Shown here: positions 59,801 through 64,000 of the stretch, piece by piece
How positions within the stretch are numbered: the stretch's first letter is position 1
Layout of the letters: every line of letters begins with the position of its first letter
Assembly (NCBI GenBank): GCA_963663165.1
Contig: OY760175.1
Span: forward strand, 1,888,001 to 1,952,000
Length of the DNA: 64,000 nt
Reading direction: 5' to 3'
Source of the DNA: an uncultured Desulfospira sp.
GTDB taxonomy: Bacteria > Desulfobacterota > Desulfobacteria > Desulfobacterales > Desulfobacteraceae
Translations under genes and position numbers: made by a program
Notes under the pieces: model-generated
What the model saw: only the letters and a program-made list of their open reading frames with translations
Databases searched by the model: none
Told to the model about the DNA's origin: nothing

Positions 59801-60567
59801 TCAGGCCGGAACCGGTAAGAAAAGGGCCGGATTTCCTCAAAACCATTGATTTAAACATTTACGTTACCCGCCAGGAGGCCATCCAGGTGGACAATAACCT
59901 GGCCGACCTGACCATCAGCCCCAACCTTACAATCAGGGGAACGGCCTATTCACCGGGCATAGACGGCCGGGCCGTGGTGGACGACGGCACCATCACCTTT
60001 AAAAAGGCTGAATTTGAGGTTTCAGAAGGCACCATTGACTTTATCAATCCCTATAAAATTGAACCGGAAATCACCCTTGAAGGGGAAACCACCATTTCAT
60101 CGTGGACCATCACCCTTTCCGTCACCGGCACCCCGGACAACTTAGATGTGTCTTTTTCTTCAGATCCTGAAGAATCTGATGCCGATATTCTTTCCCTGAT
60201 TGCCTTTGGCAAAACCACTCAGGAGATGGGCTCGGACCAGGGAGACGGCCAGACCCTGCCGGCCGGCGCCATTGCCCAGATGCTGGCTGATCCTCTGGGC
60301 AAAAAAATCAAGCAGACCACCGGCTTAAGCGAAGTGGACATCAGCATGGCAGAAGATGATAACGGAAACACCGGTGTGACGGTCAGCCTCGGGGCAGACC
60401 TTTCCCGGCAGATAAGCGTGTCATACGGAATGGAAATCAGCGACGGGGAAACCGTCCAGCAGGTCACCACCCACTACAAGCTGTTGGAAAATCTGATTTT
60501 AAGCAGCTTTCAAAATACCAGCGGCGAATTCGGGGGCGAACTCAAATACAGGCTGGAGTTCCGGTGA
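56842..60567 (+). CDS. tamB: TamB (AsmA-like) protein
   Basis: N-terminal TM, repetitive beta structure, DUF490-like C-terminus (FSSDPEESDADILSLIAFG...YRLEFR). Confidence 0.88.
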   Translation: MPDKDIPPFPPPKQSGCLLRLAFIGVCLLAGLAAAGTVYLESGRAQRFIQKTINDIIPGSLAWEKTDLSLLAGKVKIYGLTLSHGPENVLAKIPLLEVDLSLKQLVKGQLNVTAVSVDQPRLSLMVSEKGEINLLKALVPETGGDEDSNAVPFTLAVGQIRVHKAIFNLKAPGMALDIPCLDLAITDVDIETLAASVNTSLQAGQLHYGDTDMFLESMKAQGRFDQDRLTDLFLAATLPGIDVKARGSLSNLFGNPVLDLTAALDIKALEAAKAWGLPPDLVQGKAGINLSVKGRLDNPDADIRIESSQCRIQKTAVTDIHISAALKDRQITIDQFGFDPGSGPVTITGKVDLSNTFPKGFTNSPAGPETIRYDLAARQDSLSLAALGLPENAPEGTLSARVTVTGQGVVPGNISANAQADIQSNDLTYPRLAAPAALRLQGRADLMGTVLSLSRLDIEGPGFSGNGTGRLDLASLDPGTMTLAGSLDLNLSDMALLSERLGQTISGTGQARLDVGGALSAPTLTLDLKAEGIAAQGIPVNELSCLAAADGNGIRLKSLEARQGKGLVTAQGTLDTARGLDALIRFDNINPEDMALDVDAQGVFTGKIKISGTLDQPELSAEIAGTGLAVRDIAIGDLNAGLNFKDSRLTIEQARIQQNKAKVTMTGAVNLKDQTLDIRVLAPKFDMTQLEGVPESGLAAGKAAFELTASGSLSEPRVSGWIKADHVGLSGYSDIAVNMDASFQTQGPFNDPAKACAQVNLKKVFLFQQDKPLIRISDAEARLSEGGILLPPVPVKILDQGILTLSANGDLDNNLTAQASGNIPVAMLAPLSPKISSASGDIKVSLSAQGSFLSPRLQGSFDFSDLTLGLAVLEEPLEHITGHVLFTPQSVEIKEITASLGQGQIKLSGRSALVQGQPDQFSLSISAHQVPMDIPDTMTLTLNSSLDLTGTLKHSTLSGKIDILEGLYYKDVDLSLISLAAGQIKKVRPEPVRKGPDFLKTIDLNIYVTRQEAIQVDNNLADLTISPNLTIRGTAYSPGIDGRAVVDDGTITFKKAEFEVSEGTIDFINPYKIEPEITLEGETTISSWTITLSVTGTPDNLDVSFSSDPEESDADILSLIAFGKTTQEMGSDQGDGQTLPAGAIAQMLADPLGKKIKQTTGLSEVDISMAEDDNGNTGVTVSLGADLSRQISVSYGMEISDGETVQQVTTHYKLLENLILSSFQNTSGEFGGELKYRLEFR

Positions 60568-63335
60568 TGTTGAAACAAAGCCTTATCGTTTTAACGGCCC
60601 TGCTCCTTTTTGCGCTGCCGGCAACCGGTGTTTTTGCAACAGATCCGGACACGGTTGCGGACATCCGGATCATTGTTCATTGTGCGCCTGAAAAACAAGA
60701 CCTCTGGACCAGCGTGGCCCGCAGCACGATTCCCCTCCAGACAGGGGACCCGTACAGCCTTGATAAAATCAGCGAAGCGGTCACGGCGTTAAAAAACAGC
60801 TTGTTTTTTGAACATATTCATGTGCCGGACCCCCAGAAACAGGCCAACGGTATGGTTCTCTTTTTTGAACTGACCCCCTTTTCCCGGATCAGCGAGATCA
60901 AGGTTAATCACGCCTTTCCCCTGTTTGAACAGGAAGTGTTAAACGTCATGACCATCCGGACCGGGGGCATTTATCAAGAAGACAAGGTGGCCCCCCAGGC
61001 CCAGCGGGTGGAAAAGCTGTTCAAAGAAAGGGGGTTTTACGATCCCAAAGCAACGGTCACGGCAACCCCGGACCAGAATCAGGTCCGTATTGTTGTGGAC
61101 ATCCAGAAAGGCCCCTTTTACCGGATCAGAAAAATTGTGTTCAAGGGAAACCAGAATCTGTCATCTGCCCGGCTCAAATTATCCTTGAAAACCTGGCGGA
61201 CCTCCCTGCTTCCTTTCCAGGGAAACCGGTTCACCCAAAAAGAGATGGATGAGGACATTAAAGAACTGACCCGCATCTTTCGCCAAAAAGGGTATGCCGA
61301 AGTTCTGGTAACCGCCCGTCAGGCCGTCGTTGACGGCACCCATGAAGTGGATGTGGTCTTTACCATAACTGAAGGGCCTTTGTACCGGATCTCCTTTACG
61401 GGCAATGAGACCCTGTCCCAAAGAAAGCTCAATAAAGAACTGCTGCTCAAAAAAGACGGCAACAAGAACAATTTTGCCTTAAGAAGAAGTTTAAGAAACA
61501 TCAAAAAACTTTATGCCCAGCACGGGTTTCCCGATGCAAGGATCAAGGAAGAAAAAGGGCCGGATTCACCGGACACCGGTTGGCGGCAAGTGGACATCCG
61601 GGTGAACGAAGGTCCCCGGTACCGGGTATCTGAACTCACCCTTCCCGGTGCCACCACCCTGCCCTTAAAACAAATTAAAAAAAATATTCTCACGTCTGGC
61701 AAAGGCGGAATATTTGATGCCGGGGTATTGGAAGAGGACCTGGCGGCCATCACCGCCCTTTACCTTAAAGAAGGGTTTACCCGGGTGAAAGCGGACAAAA
61801 AAGTCACGGTGTCCGATGGGGAAGACAAGGCCCAAAAAGCCGTTATCATTGATATCACAATAAAGGAAGGCCCCCGGACAACCGTGGAAGACATCGAGCT
61901 GTCAGGGATGTCCGCCCTGGCCCCCGATGATGCCCTGGCGATCCTGTCCTTAAAACAGGGCCAGTGGTATGACGCATCCCTGATTGAAGCGGATACGGCA
62001 GCCCTGCAGCAGGCTGTGGCCCAGCAGGGATTTCCCCATGTCGAGGTAACCTGCGACACCATATTCTCAAAAGACTTAACCCGGGTAAAACTTGACTTTC
62101 ATATCGATCAGGGGCCAAAGGTTTGTGTGGGCCGGATCTTTTATGCGGGCCACACCCGGCTAAGGGAGAGCGAACTTGCCGAGGAAATGGAAATTGGTCC
62201 GGGTGATCCGTTTTCCCTGTTAAACATCGTGGACAGCAGACGGAACATCCAGGGGATGAATGCCGTGGACACGGTAAGGATCAGAAGCGTGGGGTTAAAA
62301 ACCCGGGAGCCTGAAGCGGACCTGGTGGTGGAGGTTACCGAAAAAAAGCCTTATTTTGTTGAACTTGCCGGCGGCTATGATACAGAACGCCACCTTTATA
62401 CGGAAGGCCGCATCGGGGATAAAAATTTTACCGGCCGGAACCTGAACATCGAAGCAGGCCTTGAATTAAGCCAGGTGGGTTACCAGGCAGACATTGCCCT
62501 GACCGAACCGCGCTTTTTATCCAGCCGCCTTATTTCCCACTCCCGGGCATTTACCCAAGAACAGGAGGAGTTCAACAAAGACTACGGCATCAGCACCTAT
62601 GGGCTGTCCCAGGATTTTTCAAAAGATTTCTTTGATAAAAAACTGAAACTGACCTTTGGGATCGGATACGAATTCAGGGACCAGTACCTGAGGGTTGACC
62701 GGGCCCTGACCGATGACGAAGAAGACGATTACGGGGTCCGCCACATCGGCCAGTTTTCCACCGGCGCAACCTTCAGGACCACGGATTCCTATGTCCACCC
62801 CAAAAAAGGAATGTTCGTATCCTCAACCCTGGACATCTTTAAAGGAATAGACGACACCCTGGACGACTTTTTCAAAATCCGCCTGGATGCCCGGTACTAT
62901 TACCCGGCCGCGGACAGCCTGACCCTGGCCTTCAGGGGGGGGTACGGTTATATGCAGTCCTATGGCGGCAACACCCACATCTCCGACGACCAGCTGTTTT
63001 ACCTGGGCGGCACCTCAACCATCCGGGGATTTGATGAAAACATGCTCCGGTTTGACGAGGACGGCAACGCCATTGGCGGCCGGGCCGCAGCCATCTTCTC
63101 GGTTGAAGCCCGGTACGAATTTTTCAAAGACTTTGAAGCGGCCCTGTTCTTTGACACCGGTGCGGTCCGGCGAATCCAGGAGGGGGTTGATGAATCCTTC
63201 AGAAGCAGCATCGGTGTCGGCATCCGGCGGCAGACCCCGGTGGGACCCTTAAGCTTTCTGTACGCCTGGAAGCTCGATCCTGAACCGGGCGAAGACCCGG
63301 GCTGTTTTCACTTTTCCCTTGGGTATACCTTTTGA
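60564..63335 (+). CDS. Omp85 (TamA/BamA) family outer-membrane protein with multiple POTRA domains
   Basis: Repeated POTRA motifs, FYLGG..TIRGF, TPVGP, terminal FSLGYTF. Confidence 0.92.
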   Translation: MMLKQSLIVLTALLLFALPATGVFATDPDTVADIRIIVHCAPEKQDLWTSVARSTIPLQTGDPYSLDKISEAVTALKNSLFFEHIHVPDPQKQANGMVLFFELTPFSRISEIKVNHAFPLFEQEVLNVMTIRTGGIYQEDKVAPQAQRVEKLFKERGFYDPKATVTATPDQNQVRIVVDIQKGPFYRIRKIVFKGNQNLSSARLKLSLKTWRTSLLPFQGNRFTQKEMDEDIKELTRIFRQKGYAEVLVTARQAVVDGTHEVDVVFTITEGPLYRISFTGNETLSQRKLNKELLLKKDGNKNNFALRRSLRNIKKLYAQHGFPDARIKEEKGPDSPDTGWRQVDIRVNEGPRYRVSELTLPGATTLPLKQIKKNILTSGKGGIFDAGVLEEDLAAITALYLKEGFTRVKADKKVTVSDGEDKAQKAVIIDITIKEGPRTTVEDIELSGMSALAPDDALAILSLKQGQWYDASLIEADTAALQQAVAQQGFPHVEVTCDTIFSKDLTRVKLDFHIDQGPKVCVGRIFYAGHTRLRESELAEEMEIGPGDPFSLLNIVDSRRNIQGMNAVDTVRIRSVGLKTREPEADLVVEVTEKKPYFVELAGGYDTERHLYTEGRIGDKNFTGRNLNIEAGLELSQVGYQADIALTEPRFLSSRLISHSRAFTQEQEEFNKDYGISTYGLSQDFSKDFFDKKLKLTFGIGYEFRDQYLRVDRALTDDEEDDYGVRHIGQFSTGATFRTTDSYVHPKKGMFVSSTLDIFKGIDDTLDDFFKIRLDARYYYPAADSLTLAFRGGYGYMQSYGGNTHISDDQLFYLGGTSTIRGFDENMLRFDEDGNAIGGRAAAIFSVEARYEFFKDFEAALFFDTGAVRRIQEGVDESFRSSIGVGIRRQTPVGPLSFLYAWKLDPEPGEDPGCFHFSLGYTF

Positions 63336-63434
63336 TGGGAGATCGAAAACGGGAGACGGGAGACCGGATAGCAAATTCGGGGATTGGCATCTTGCTCTTA
63401 CTCTAAATAGTTTGAGCAAGAGTAAGAAAACTAG

Positions 63435-63709
63435 ATAGGGGTCGGGAAGAGTTGGATCAGCTCAAGCAGTCTTCCGTCGCTGATATGGATCTTCACCAGT
63501 TCCATCAAGCGGTCATGTGGAATCGTATCGAAGTAGCTCGCCAAGTCGGCGTCCACCACATGTGTGTACCCCTCTTTGATCAGGCGATCCACTTCTCGAA
63601 GGGCGTCCTTGCAACCGTGCTGGGGCCGGAACCCGAAGCTTGTTTCCTCGAATTCCTTTTCGAAAATCGGCTCTATCACCATCTTCAGCGCCGTCTGAAC
63701 GATGCGGTC
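63435..63709 (-). pseudogene. Group II intron relic: internal RT fragment fused to an intron 3' terminus
   Basis: DRIVQTALKMVIEPIFE..SFGFRP..VVDADLASYFDTIPHD, followed directly by TTCCCGACCCCTAT. Confidence 0.82.
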
Positions 63710-63792
63710 TTAAATTCGGGGACATCTTCTTAAATTCGTTAAATTCGGGGACATCTTACATAATTCCAAATAATTAAGTAAGGGGTCCCCCC
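63710..63792. repeat. REP-like repeat/palindrome (TTAAATTCGGGGACATCTT x2 plus inverted arm)
   Basis: Direct repeat, then GGGGACATCTTAC...GTAAGGGGTCCCC. Confidence 0.6.
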
Positions 63793-63850
63793 CCCGATAT
63801 TGGCTGAACCTGTCAGGATATTGTAACCACCATGCTTCGATATATAAAAT

Positions 63851-64000
63851 TCAGATGGTTTTGCAATTATATTTAAGAATTTTTAAATCATCGGTCATCA
63901 GCGTCAATTGATTTGTCATGGATTGTACGATCAGCATCCGGTCAAATGGATCTTTGTGAACAAAGGGCAGTTCCCGCAGCAACAGCGCATCCTCTCCTGA
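63851..64000 (-). CDS. vapC: VapC PIN toxin, C-terminal part (runs off the window)
   Basis: Manual translation: LPFVHKDPFDRMLIVQSMTNQLTLMTDD...*. Confidence 0.85.
   Translation of the reverse strand, partial: SGEDALLLRELPFVHKDPFDRMLIVQSMTNQLTLMTDDLKILKYNCKTI

Noticed and set aside
36366..63390. Many overlapping antisense ORFs in the GC-rich region
   Set aside because: They are shadows of well-supported genes on the opposite strand.

Overview
The window has two parts; the gene content suggests a deltaproteobacterium, probably Desulfobacteraceae-like (inference). (1) About 1-35 kb is an AT-rich integron-type gene-cassette array. It has 13 attC sites, every cassette gene is on the minus strand, and no intI is visible at the array head (CALIN-like). 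It is heavily invaded by nested mobile elements: 4 ISAzo13-family copies, 2 full and 1 partial IS1380, 2 copies of one IS4 plus a second IS4, two group II intron pieces, and two different ~4.2-kb TG...CA transposons. Each of those two transposons encodes a DDE transposase, an AAA+ ATPase and a primase-related protein (CHC2 zinc finger in one, RepB'-type primase in the other). Cassettes include three toxin-antitoxin pairs, a Tae4-like amidase (split by an IS) with a small membrane partner, a duplicated stand-alone recombinase core-binding-like protein, a DMP19/DUF4375-like protein, a large P-loop ATPase and an MBL-fold hydrolase. (2) About 35-64 kb is GC-richer chromosomal DNA: vapBC; a sigma54-driven TAXI-TRAP/CoA-transferase/TauE operon with its two-component system; tsaA; PilZ; a TPP-riboswitch-controlled thiM plus Nramp-like transporter; an IS4-derived MITE; an S8 protease; a degenerate GGDEF-tamB-tamA/bamA operon; a group II intron relic; and a partial vapC. 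All family calls come from reading motifs by eye; no database search was run.
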